A stretch of 64,000 bases of DNA. Origin: Octopus sinensis (lineage: Eukaryota). A model generated the notes under the pieces. The model saw only the letters and a program-made list of their open reading frames with translations. It was not told where the DNA came from and did no database searches. Made by a program: the position numbers and the translations under genes. Of the stretch, positions 29,763 to 41,621 are shown one piece after another. The first letter of the stretch is position 1. Each line of letters starts with the position of its first letter. Where the stretch lies: positions 136,648,001-136,712,000 of the forward strand of contig NC_042998.1 of the NCBI RefSeq assembly GCF_006345805.1. The letters run 5' to 3'.

Positions 29763-32700
29763 ATGATCAAGATTGGTTGTGTAAATGCGCGTGGCTTGGG
29801 GTCCCCTTGGAAACAAGGGTACCTCTTAAATGACATAAAGTCACATAAGTTAGAAATCATAGCCATAAGCGAGACCAGACTCCACAATCCGCGGGCCCTA
29901 AAGACCATGTTTGGCGGACAGTTCAACGTTTATTTTTCCCCCTGTCTGCCGAGAATGGGCGGTAGTGGCACCGCGGTACTTTTTCACAAGAGTCTGGATC
30001 TCAATGTAAGGACAATATTCGTAGACCCGGAGGGTAGACTGTCGTCCTGGATGTCGACGGCAGCAATGGGTGCGCTTTTCGACTCGTATCAGTTTACGCA
30101 CCGCCCTTAACAGGTCGGGCGGATTTCTTTCAACGTCTAGAAATTTCTTGGGAACGTCTCGTCCTTTACTCTTAGTGGGGGATTGGAATGCTACCTTGGA
30201 CACGCATGTAGACTACGTGGGTAGAGATAGGAATAGACGGGGATGCAAATGCCTCAGAGACCTGCTCAGACGCTTTCAACGTCTGACAGGTTCCGACTAG
30301 ACCACCCGAATGCGCCACGTGGACATGGAGTAACCGCATCGGGTCGTCGAGATCGTATCTAGATAGGATACTGTGTAGGACAGTAGATAGAGATAGCATA
30401 GGATGTCCACAATTCCACATAGTCAGCTACACGGATCACAAACTTGTGACATGTACGCTAGACTTAGGTAAGACACTTAGGCAGGGTCCCGGATACTGGA
30501 AACTAAACGCGTCTTTCCCATCGAGACAAGTTTTCAGAGACCGGATTAGCACACTAGTAAAGAGGGCTTTGACGGGAGCCATCATCAACAACAATGGTGG
30601 TTTGCCCTCAAGAGAGCAGTAAAAGCAGAAGCGATTAGGTACAGCAAAGCACTAGCCATAGACAGAATAGAGTAGAGGGTGAGCTAGTTAAGAAGCTAGA
30701 AGAGGCAATTAGAAGCGGCATCGCATCCGACGTTTTGGCGGCGAGGTTGGCCCTCGACCAACACTTCAACGCCAAACACGAAGGATGTGCTGTCAGAGCT
30801 AGGATGCGTGCTCTAAGGAATGAAGGTGTTGGAGCCGCGAGAGAGGCCCGGGTGGCAGAGCGCAACAGGGCAACAAAGCCACCATTCGGTCCCTGGTGGA
30901 TGAACAGGGGCGCGAATTGCTCGAGCCAAGTAAAATGTGTGAGGCCTTTCAGCAGCATTTTGCCCGACTGTTCGGAACGAGTGGAGGGCAAGAACGTAGG
31001 GTGGACTTCAGTGCCTACCTACATAGCCTACCACGACTCTCGACAAGAAAGGCAGGGTGCTGCGAAGGTGCCATCACGTGGCGGAGTGCGGGAAGCGATG
31101 GCAGAATGCTCGAGGGACAAATCACCGGGTTTGGATGGTCTACCCTACGAGCTTTACAATTGTATGCCAGACTTGTTTGGAGATCTCTTGGCGGCGGTGT
31201 ACTGCAAATGGCAGCAAAACGGGAGCATTCCTGGTTTTGTGAGCCGAGGGAGCCGTAACACTGCTGAAGAAAGATCTAAACAAGGAAATGTAATAGATAA
31301 CTTTAGGCCCATCATCACTCTGCTTAATGCAGACTTGAAAATTTTGGCCAAGGTGCTAGCCAAGAGGTTGGCGCTTGTCATCGAGAAACTGGTCGACAAG
31401 GCGCAAACATGCGCCGTGCCAGGCCGGACCATCCATGACAACCTCCATCTGATGCGCTACATCATAGACAGGGTAGTTAACGAACCTGGCATGGGTGGGG
31501 CCCTGATCAACTTGGATCAATCGAAAGCCTTTTGATAGGGTAGACCATCGATACTTGGAGGCAGTCCTGAGAGCGGCTGGTTTCGGTCCCGTCTTCCGCG
31601 GCTGGATAGCTGCCTTGTACAGAGGCATCCGTTCGGTAATTCGCGTAAATGGACATCTATCGAGACCTTTCGACATTGCACGTTCGGTCCGTCAGGGATG
31701 CCCCCTCTCGGCGCTTCTATACGTATTGACTCTTGAGCCACTACTGCGGAAGCTGGCGACTCTAAGGGGCATCCCGCGAGAATTGGGATGCGGGACGAGC
31801 GTGTCTGCATACGCGGACGACGTCACCGTCATAGTGTCTAGCCACGAGCACATCGGAGCTGGTCGGCGAGACACTGAAAAACTACGAAAGCGGTGACAGG
31901 AGCGAAAAATCAACCGGGAAAGTCAGTGGGCTTGCGACTGGCACACCTGGAGAGCAAGCCCATGCCGTTCCACCAGCGCCTCCGTCGTGGGACGCTGGAC
32001 CGACGGCCGGTTGAGTTGCTCGGGTCTGGTTTGGTCCGGACCTCCAAGTGGAAAGAACTGGAACGAGATAACGAGTAGGGTGGTCACTCTCGCCCGGCAA
32101 TGGGCCGAGAGGAAACTGTCCCTAAAAGTCGAGCGGAGGTGGCGAACACGTACATCGCGTCCGTCATCTACTACCGCCTGACCGTCGTACCTTGTCCCGA
32201 CCCTACCATCACCAAACTACAACGCATCCTCTTTCGCTCTTCTTGTGGGAAAGGATGCGTCCCGATGGTCAGGCGATCCATTTGCTGTCAACACCCGTTA
32301 AAAGAGGGCTGGGCATGCCGTGGTTGATGATGCGCAGACACGCGCTGAGACTGCGACATCTCTGGCTCTATGTAGACGACGGTGAACAGGTGTGGTCGCC
32401 GTTTGTGAGGCACGCTTTCCCGCAGCTCGTCTCCATGACCGAACTGCAGTCGTGGATCAAAAAAGGCCGAGGAAGGGCGAATGGCACCGCGAGTGTCGTG
32501 TTGCTCTCAAGCACTCTGCCGTCCTGGGTCGGACCTTAAGTGACTTCAACACAACCAAAGCATCTATAGGGGTTTAGAGTGGAGGGGAGGTACGACGACG
32601 AGCTCGGGGCGAACCTGGACGTCGACGAGGAGTACCTGACCCGCCTGTTCGGGACGACTTTCGGGCCAGGGCCCATGGACAACTTCCAGAGATCCCTGGC

Positions 32701-33136
32701 CTGGCAGTGCTACCGAGAAGCGCTACCCGTTCGGGATAAGCTCTACAGACACGGCTCGAGAAACACGGGGCCGACCTGCCCGAGATGCGGTCAGAGCGAC
32801 GAAACCGTTCTGCACGCACTCGTTCAGTGTCCAACAATTTCCGACCTGTGGGCTTATGTCGAACACTGCTGTCACGTGTGGGACGAGTCGGTTTATCAGC
32901 TGAGTCTATCGTCAATATTGTCACGATCCTCCTTCCTTCAAACGGGAAGGAAGAGCTATTTTCATCATCCTTGTGGCTATGGCGAAAGAATGTATCTGGT
33001 GGACGCGTCTGAAAGGATTGGAGACAACACTTCCTCTCTGGTCAATTCTCATCAACTTCTTCAAGTACACTTGAAAAGGAAAGTGAGAGTAGAGAGGCAA
33101 GTTTTGTCTAGCGAATGTTTTAAAAAAAGATGGTGA
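29763..33136 (+). pseudogene. Tx1-like ORF2: APE endonuclease, reverse transcriptase, C-terminal zinc finger; multiple frameshifts
   Basis: IGCVNARGL, IIAISETR, LLVGDWNA, SRDKSPGLDGLPYELY, NFRPI.TLLNADLKILAK, LDQSKAFDRVDH, SVRQGCPLS, YADDVT, CPRCGQSDETVLHALVQC; TGA ends at 33136. Confidence 0.93.
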
Positions 33137-33570
33137 ATGTAGCAAGAATGGCACGTATGAATGACGAAGCCACCTTGACATAGTCCTATGAACCCAGAAA
33201 TCGAAAACAGAGAGTTGCTTATTTTGCAAAAAAAAAAAAAAAAGAATATGTGACTTCATTGACCGAGGTTACCGTGGTCTTTTCCGTAGGCTTTTCTTTC
33301 CACGGGTAAACCTCACCTGTCCTCCCTCCTTTACACTTCATATGACATTTCTGTGATAACGATCCCTATTGATCATTTTTTTTTCCTCTCCCCCTTTTTT
33401 TTTTTTTTTAACAACCCCCCCCCTTTTTTTTGTCCTCTTTCTCTCCTTTTACGATCCCTTTTGATCGAAACTCCCCCTTCCTTTTTTTTTTTTTTTAAAC
33501 CTTCAAAGAAAAGCTCTACCTTGTAATTTGTTCTATCTGTGTGCAGCCCTGTGTGGCTAATAAAGAAACA

Positions 33571-33612
<42 letters not shown>

Positions 33613-33614
33613 CG

Positions 33615-33679
<65 letters not shown>

Positions 33680-33680
33680 C

Positions 33681-33734
<54 letters not shown>
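33571..33734. repeat. (TATC)n tract, right flank of the Tx1-like LINE
   Basis: Direct observation. Confidence 0.95.
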
Positions 33735-33947
33735 CACTGTGTATGTGTGTGTGTATGCGCGCATATCATTTTACTTTGACTCTGATAAGGATAGCTGTAA
33801 TTCTTTAAGGTCGTTCAACTTTTCTCAACCGATCAATGTACTGATTGAGTAAACCGATCAATGAACGAACCTATAATGATTATCGGAAACAGTTGTAAGT
33901 CGAATTTACAACAATAAAGAATATTTATATCTGGTCTTGTATATACA

Positions 33948-33978
<31 letters not shown>

Positions 33979-35276
33979 TAGAACAATCAGTAAGTTGTCA
34001 TAATAGTACTCGGAGTTACAAATGCTGGGGCTAGGAGCTACGATGCGTGTCGTCGATTATTAATGGCAATATATATATATATATATTATATATATATATA
34101 TATATATTATATATATTATATAAGAATGATGTTTTTATATATAATGAACGTGAAATACAGGAAGGGACGAACACGGAACACAGACAAATCATTCGAAGCC
34201 TTCAATCTTCAGTCAGACACCGAATCATCATAGCAAATTTCGGCTGTTCAATTCTGATATTTGCTCCAACTCGGCCAGCCCCAAGAAAAAAACTAAGCTG
34301 TAAGCATTAGATTTCTTGGTAGAAGACAGGAATGTGAACGCACAAGACGGATGTGAATACAAGAGACGAAAACGAAATTGAAAACAGTAATGAATAAACA
34401 AAATATATATAACGGTGGTTGTCATACGACTTTAGACCAAATGAGACAAAAACAACAACAACAACATAGCTGGCGTAGAAATAATTACCGTTTCGGTAGC
34501 GGGGACACATGTTGGTCGAGATACGAAGGCCAACAGAATGGTTTAAGAAGCAGCAGGTCGCAGGAGAGAGAGAAAGAGAGACAGAGAGAGAGGGAATCAA
34601 AGAGGGTGGAAGGCAGGGGACAGAATCAGTGACCAAGAGAAAAGGAGAAAGAAGGGATTAAGGAGGATGGGAGGAAGAGGGGAGGAGGATGGGAGGAAGA
34701 GAGGGGAAGAATCGGAGGGCGCCAAAAAGTTTGGTGAAGAAGCAATGGCGGGTAGCAAAAAACAGTGTGTATAGAAGTCGTGCAGGGTTTAAAATTGGAC
34801 AAACAAACGGGGGGGGGGGTGCACGTAACGCCGCAATAATATAAGAATGAATGTTTTTACACACAAACATAGATATATATATGTAAATGTGCATATATGG
34901 ATACAGGATGTCACAAACTGTGTAAACAACATGTTAAGAAATATTGGTCATACGATGTCGTTTGATCGTATGCATATTTTGAGATACTCGTGAATTTATC
35001 TTATGGAGTACTGTATTGATGAAAGCAGTAGGTAAAATATTTCCGTAAGCTTGAAATTCGATCGTATACACAGTTATCCAGCCTTGATTCATTATTTTTC
35101 TTTTGCTTGCCTGCAGTATAGTGTATTATTCTCGGAGATGTTAAGGTGGTAATAGGGGCTTTTAGCTTCTATTTTTTGCAGTGCGTGGTGAGGCGTAAAG
35201 CAGGTGCTTTGTTATAATTATGTATAATTATAAACTATTTTATGTATCTATATATTGTATGTAAATTATATATATA

Positions 35277-35314
<38 letters not shown>

Positions 35315-35349
35315 ATATATAATATATGTTATATATATATTATATATAT

Positions 35350-35587
35350 TATTTATATACTCTTTTACCCTTTTTACTCTTTTACTTGTTTCAGTCATTT
35401 GACTGCGGCCATGCTGGAGCCCCGCCTTTAGTCGAGCAAATCGACGCCGGGACTTATTCTTTGTAAGCCCAGTACTTATTCTATCGGTCTCTTTTGCCGA
35501 ACCGCTAAGTGACGGGGACGTAAACACACCACCATCGGTTGGTCAAGCAATGCTAGGGGGGGGACAAAGACAGACACACATATACAC

Positions 35588-35624
<37 letters not shown>

Positions 35625-35786
35625 GACAGGCTTCTTTCAGTTTCCGTCTACCAAATCCACTCACAAGGCATTGGTCGGTCTGGGGTTATAGCAGAAGACA
35701 CTTACCCAAGATGCCACGCAGTGGACTGAACCCGGAACCATGTGGTTGGTAAGCAAGCTACTTACCACACAGCCACTCCTGCGCCT
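35350..35786 (-). mobile_element. Full-length family-B SINE (tRNA head, CORE-like domain, internal (TA)n, 3' domain)
   Basis: Reverse complement matches 55878-56312 over its length; CACTGCGTGGCATCTTGGGTAAGTGTCTT resembles the MIR-type CORE motif. Confidence 0.88.
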
Positions 35787-35803
35787 ATATGTATGTATAT
35801 ATA

Positions 35804-35895
<92 letters not shown>

Positions 35896-35934
35896 CATAT
35901 TATATATATATGATTGATTGATTGACTGTTTCAG

Positions 35935-36121
35935 CTTATGAGCTGTGGCCAAGGAGTGTGTTGGCTTGATGCCCGAGAAAATGAAAAAGTCTTCAACAGA
36001 GGAATAAAAGAAAATAACACCGGTTCAGCATGTCGAATGTGGAAAGTGGGGGTGTAAATGGAGGCGGAATCTTTGGGGATGATGTGGTGGTCAATGCAGC
36101 GCCTGAGAAAGGAAACACGAC

Positions 36122-36173
<52 letters not shown>

Positions 36174-36193
36174 ATCAACACACACACCACACC

Positions 36194-36248
<55 letters not shown>

Positions 36249-36257
36249 GTATATATA

Positions 36258-36297
<40 letters not shown>

Positions 36298-37075
36298 AAC
36301 ATAAACATATATAATATATAACTGTATCGGAGCGACCGTACTCTACCGCAAACAGTAGGGAAAGGGAGGGTGGAAAGATGATTCTTTAGGCGGTGGTGAA
36401 GGTGTAGGAGGAAGGATTTGTAATTAGGCATGCTGAAAAAAGGAGAAAAAGGAGAAAAGGGGGAAAAAGAGAAAAAGGATAAACAAGGGAGGAAAAGTAA
36501 AAAAGAGAAAAAAGGAGGAAGAGAAGAAAAAAGAAGAAAAGTCATAAAGGAGAGAGAAAGGCAAAGTATTAACGTACGGAGTATAAAAGTTCAGAAAGTT
36601 CAAAATGTTCAAAAGCTGTGGTAGATTAGAGCGATTTACATCAGTGAAATCCCAGAAGGTAGGGTCAGTAGATCCAGTGGTAATCGGGTGGAGTGCTTGT
36701 ATGTAGATGAGGAGAGTTGATGAAAGTTAGGGAAGTGGTTCAGATATGCAAGTCCCAAGAGTAGGAAGTTCAGTCGAGATGAAACTGGGATAACCACGTG
36801 AGCATATGATATATAGTTGAAATTTATAGAAAAACAAAAGTTGAAGACAGGTGCATGAACAACAAGCAAGTGTATTAGTTTGACGCTCGGGAAAATGAAA
36901 AAAAATTTACGTTTCGAGCCTACGCTCTTCAACAGAAAGGAATAATAGAAAATAAACAGGGAAAGACTGACAAAAGCTTGTAGATTTCAGCGGTCCAGCA
37001 TAGATAGGTATATATATATATATATATATATATATGACTGTATCGGAGCGACCGCACTCTACCGCAAACAACTAG
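35935..37075 (-). mobile_element. Penelope-like pseudo-LTR/N-terminal fragments, two partial tandem units, inverted relative to the RT at 37150
   Basis: [15 protein letters not shown] (cf. Penelope FL.RC...IIPKG); 34-bp block repeated at 36321-36354 and 37037-37070; hammerhead-like motif at 36905-36940 with a core-deleted sister at 35990-35999. Confidence 0.65.
36905..36940 (-). ncRNA. Minimal hammerhead-like motif with variant core (CUGUUGA)
   Basis: CTTT-CTGTTGA-A-GAGC-GTAG-GCTC-GAAA-CG-TA-AA: 4-bp stem II, palindromic ACGU stem III, only 2 bp of stem I in this copy. Confidence 0.55.
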
Positions 37076-37149
37076 ACTCTTTCCTCTCTTTTGTCCAATG
37101 CTTCCATCCTGTCCTCGAATTCTCTTGAACTATTTCTTATTCTTCCGTC

Positions 37150-38030
37150 GCATTTCTTAACATTTCTGTCAACATACACCACTTCGCTCTCACTATCTCC
37201 ATTCACTGCAAACACACCGGCTCACACTCCTACCTTAATCTCTCCTCATCCTCCCACCCTACCTATACCAAACTCTATATCCCCTACACCCAATTCCTCT
37301 GTCTGCGCAGGATCTGCAGTGACTTTGAGATTCACACTCAACTCATGGCGTGCCGCTTCATCCTTCGTGGATATCCCCTCACCCCTATCCACACTTCCCT
37401 TGCCAGGGCACGTTCCGTGGACTGTGCCTCTGCTCTGTCTCCCCACCCCGCTCTGCTGTTACCCGTCTCCCTGTTTTTCCTCACCTACCACCTCTCCATC
37501 CTTCCCATCCAGCGCACCATTCTCCGAGCCTTCCGGCGATTCCAGTCCGACCCCTCTACCTAGCATATCTTCCCCAACCTACCCCGTCCTTCCTTCAAAT
37601 GAGCACACAACCAGCGTGACAGTTTTTTCCCTAACCCCACTTCCCAGCCTGGCTCATTCCCCTGCTCCCGCTCATGCTGCCGTACGTGTCCCTACCTCTC
37701 CAAAACTACCATCTTCACAGATACTCATCATCGTCCCTATCGCATCACCAACTCCTTTATCTGCACTCCCAGTAATGTCATTTACTGCATCTCCTGCCCT
37801 TTCTGCCCTTCTCTGTACATCGGTCAAATGGGACGCCGGTTCGCGGAGCACCTCTGAGACATGAGACTCGAGAATGACACCCCAGTCTCGCGCCATTTCT
37901 GCTTTACCAGCCATTCACTACAACATATCTGTGTTCGGACTGTTTTTGCACGGGGTCATTCGAATTCCCGCCTTCGCCGTGAACAGAAATAATCTTCTCT
38001 CTTCGCTCATTTGCACCATATGGTGCAAAA
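37150..38030 (+). pseudogene. Penelope-like element: RT thumb and GIY-YIG endonuclease
   Basis: SHPTYTKLYIPYTQFLCLRRICS, RFILRGYP, LTYH.SI.PIQRTILRAFRRFQSDPST, CSRSCCRTCPY, NVIYCISCPFCPSLYIGQMGRRFAEHL. Stops and frameshifts present. Confidence 0.9.
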
Positions 38031-38037
38031 GTTGAAG

Positions 38038-38248
38038 AACGTAGCGGCAAAATGCGTAGCCGTTATTTCGTCTGCCGTTACGTGCTGAGTTCAAATTCCG
38101 CCGAGGTCGACTTTGCCTTTCATCCTTTCGGGGTCGATAAATTAAGTACCAGTTATGCACTGGGGTCGATGTAATCGACTTAATCCGTTTGTCTGTCCTT
38201 GTTTGTCCCCTCTATGTTTAGCCCCTTGTGGGTAGTAAAGAAATAGGG
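38038..38248 (+). mobile_element. 5'-truncated family-A SINE inserted at the 3' end of the Penelope ORF
   Basis: B box GAGTTCAAATTCC, central block, ends GTAGTAAAGAAATAGG like the units at 49082. Confidence 0.88.
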
Positions 38249-38689
38249 ATTAACTCCTCTCTTTTCTTCATCTGATACCTACTTCCTCTCTTCGTTCTTA
38301 CGTACCTTCTCTCTTCATTGATACCCCCATATTTATATATAACTGCGGAAGACGGTAGGGATTATAATTTTTGTATGACTTAATAGAGTTGCCGCTGTTT
38401 AGTTACGTATTAGGAGTGGTTTTAATTTACTTATTGAATTTATTTATCGATACGGTTGTGCATAAGGTAAATTTGTTTGAAAGTTGTGGCTTCTTTTGTT
38501 TGTTTGTTCCCGAACAACACTTATTTTAGTGCTGCTGACACTGCCGGTTTGAACGGTACTGCCCAGGTGTCGAAACCATAATGATATTCGTGGGTCAGCT
38601 GATGATGTATGTATGATGGATTGTTGGTATAACTGTGGAATAGTATTATAACACATCCTTTTGGTATATATATATATATAGAAATCATA

Positions 38690-39320
38690 CAGTGGTGGCC
38701 AATGGAGGAATATTACCAAGATGGTGACGAAGTGCAGACGGCTTGCTGGATCCTGAGAACCTTCAGAACCAGAGAAAAGGAAACCATGATGGTTATCTGG
38801 AGGACATTCATCCTGGGCCGCCTGCACTACTGCTCCCAGCTATGGTCACCACTCAGTGTAAAATTAACAGCGGAACTTGAAGCAATCCAGTCAAGCTTCA
38901 CAAAGATCGTCTCATTGCAACAGTTCAGCTACTGGGAAAGACTGAAGCAGCTAAGACTCTATTCCTTGGAGTGAAGGCGGGAGAGATATGCAGTAATATA
39001 CATCTGGAAGATCCTGGAAGGAATTGTGCCAAATTGTGGCATTGAATGCTACACAAATACCAGGACGGGTCGACACTGCACAGTGCCAAATATCCCAGCA
39101 ATGCCGTCACGCTTCAGGATCAGTTACTGCAACAGCCTGGGTTTTAGGGGCCCACAGCTTTTTAATATTCTCCCAAAAAGCATGAGGGACCAACACAAAG
39201 TAGATGTAGGTGTCTTCAAATCAAAACTGAATCTCTGCTTGTCGTGAGTCCCAGATGAATCTACCTCACGGCAGGAGGCGCAAATGATGGCAGCGACATC
39301 AAACTCCCTTATTCACCAAG
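38690..39320 (+). pseudogene. CR1-group LINE ORF2 3' fragment
   Basis: WILRTFRTREKETMMVIWRTFILGRLHYCSQLWSP...SYWERLKQLRLYSLE*RRERYAVIYIWKILEGIVPN...GPQLFNILPK. Confidence 0.85.
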
Positions 39321-39528
39321 TGCCACATATCACAGGAGGCTCTCAAAAAATTTTATCAATGGCCAGCATATCAAAAAATGCCTTTAAAGGTAAAATTTAT
39401 ACATAATTTACAAGATAAGGGCAGAAGAAAAATTCTAATGCCAGACGCGCCGAAACAAAATATTGTCGATAACCATTAAATGTATGTGTCTCGAAACAAA
39501 CCGATAGAAATCTCCCAAAAATTCGTTA

Positions 39529-39589
39529 TTACCGTATTGGTCCAATTTCGGGGTTAATTCACAAGAAATTTTCCCCTCTTCAGCGGCAA
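39529..39589 (-). ncRNA. Type I hammerhead ribozyme, apparently intact
   Basis: TTGCCG-CTGAAGA-G-GGG(19 nt)CCC-GAAA-TTGGACCAA-T-A-CGGTAA: canonical core, 6-bp stem I (one G-U), stem III A-TTG/CAA-T, AUA cleavage triplet (predicted cut between 39535 and 39534). Confidence 0.8.
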
Positions 39590-39738
39590 ATACGCGAGAT
39601 ATAAATGAAATACTTACTCATACCCATGGAAGAAGCAAGCACCAAGTCCCGAGCAGGCTTAAGTACCCCAAATATATCCAAAATAGAAAAATCTTCAGCG
39701 CACCTCGAGACATGTGTGATTCGAAACACACGTGTCTC

Positions 39739-39785
<47 letters not shown>

Positions 39786-40352
39786 TATTAATTTTAGGGA
39801 AGCTATTTCCGCGTCCACAAGGGAGAGAAGTTCAATTTAGTGGTAGTAAAATGAATTATTCACTGTATTATATACATATATGTAGATAGATTTGAGAGAG
39901 AGAATCACCCTCAAGCAACTCAATCATCATTGAACGATATTATCCACGATAGGTAGATATAAGACTAAATATTAAAAATTATTAAAATTAATATCTACGA
40001 TTCTTATTCTAACTCATATATATGACATTATGTTTACCTATCGTGGATAACATCGTTCAATGATGATTGAGTTGCTTGAGGGTGATTGTCTCTTAAAACT
40101 ATATGTATATATACATGCGCACAAACAAACAAAAAGAATGTGGCTCGGGGAACGGACATAGTCAACGACTATTGAAAAGGTTGCAAGACGCAACAAAATT
40201 TCAGAAAAAATACAGAAGTAAAGAAGTGGAAACTGGACCGGTGAGTGTGTTAAATAACAAGGCACAAAAAGAGAATGACTCTCTCCAGGCACAACAAAAT
40301 GTGCTTCAACACACGAACTCACATAAAGAATCTTGTAAACCGAATCCCAAAA

Positions 40353-40397
<45 letters not shown>

Positions 40398-41150
40398 TTA
40401 TAAAAACCTTCCGCGCTGCTATTGCTTTTGTTTCAGCACACGATCTCCGATCAAAAAATCACTTGCTATGCATGTACATCACCATAATATATATATAAAG
40501 AGTTAGCGGTTATAGTAATCGACTAAGGGATAAATTATCAGTACATACCATCGGTATCCGTTACCTGTATTAACCCCGGGTGTTGGTGTACAGGCACACC
40601 ATATACACGTAGAGTGCAAATAGCAACAGGATAAACAAGAATTTATCAGGAACAAATGCAAATAATTAGAAAATGGAGAAAGCCACAGATTAACCAACAC
40701 ATCGATTGGATCACATTTATAGTTTATTTTTTAATACTAAACATGACATAACAAAATAGGTGACGTAACATATCTTGCGGCCGTTACTGATCGGTTTGCC
40801 AAAATGCAGACTATAAATAAATGCAAGAATAAAATTCTTCATCTTCATAGGGCATTCGAAATAAGGCAACGGATCTTCATCAGAGTGAAAAAGAAGACCA
40901 TACAATATGAATAAAAGGAAGAAGGAAAAGGAAAGAAAACATGGCTTAGACAAATAGTCTAGAAGCCCAATATGTTAAGAGCAAATAATTTACCTCCAGG
41001 AGCTACAGGGTCGGTAAGTAAACGAGTGAGCTAGTAATGGTGTAGGGAATCCTACAATTTATTAACGGGTAGGTGAAATTAGAAGTGGCAGTCAGGATAT
41101 TTAAAAAAGAAGTTGTCAAGAAACTGTATATAAGGAAAATACTTTTTAAA

Positions 41151-41471
41151 GACTCCGCCGGTTACGACGACGAGGGTCCCAGCTGATACGATCAACGGAA
41201 CAGCTTGCTCGTGAAATTAACGTGCAAATGGCTGAGCATTCCACAGACACGTGTACCCTTAACGTAGTTCTCGGGGATAATCAGCGTGACACAGAGAGTG
41301 ACAAGGCTGACCCTTTGAAATACAAGTACAACTCATTTTTGCCAGCTGAGTGGACTGGAGCAACGTGAAATAAAGTGTCTTGCTCAAGGACACAACGCGT
41401 CGCCGGGAATCGAACTCACAACCTTACGATCATGAGCCGAATGCCCTAACCACTAAGCCACGCGCCCTCAC
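41151..41471 (-). mobile_element. tRNA-derived CORE-like SINE (family C2)
   Basis: Minus head GGCGCGTGGCTTAGTGGTTAGG...GAGTTCGATTCCC, then TGTGTCCTTGAGCAAGACACTTTA (CORE-like); tail shared with 12868. Confidence 0.88.
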
Positions 41472-41513
41472 TAAATACTAACATGATTATCAAAGGGCAG
41501 TACCTATGCTAAC

Positions 41514-41590
41514 GGAGCATATGGCGTAGTGGTTAAGAGCGCAGGCTACTAACCCCAAGATTCTGAGTTCGATTCTAGGCAGTGACCTGA

Positions 41591-41621
<31 letters not shown>

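Larger units (their letters stand above)
28550..33570 (+). mobile_element. Tx1-like (L1 clade) non-LTR retrotransposon, nearly full length, 5'-truncated within ORF1
   Basis: Two-ORF layout with CCHC ORF1 and APE-RT-zf ORF2; 3' UTR with AATAAA at 33559-33564 followed directly by (TATC)n. Confidence 0.92.

Noticed and set aside
34000-35150. Purine-rich, GC-richer block that looks like a pseudo-LTR or promoter
   Set aside because: No complete ribozyme, ORF or second copy in the window to define it.
37091-37864. 257-aa Ser/Pro-rich ORF
   Set aside because: It is an alternative frame over the Penelope RT/GIY-YIG region; the conserved motifs are in other frames.
40845-40890. Second hammerhead (minus CTGATGAAGATCC...TTCGAATGCCC)
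   Set aside because: The 3' strand of stem II and GAAA are not intact; possibly a decayed pseudo-LTR ribozyme, but not supportable.
41514-41590. tRNA genes (also the SINE heads at 41400-41471 and 13170-13241, and the cassette at 25808-25870)
   Set aside because: A and B boxes are present, but acceptor stems do not pair and the heads continue into repeat bodies, so they are SINE or pseudo-tRNA heads.
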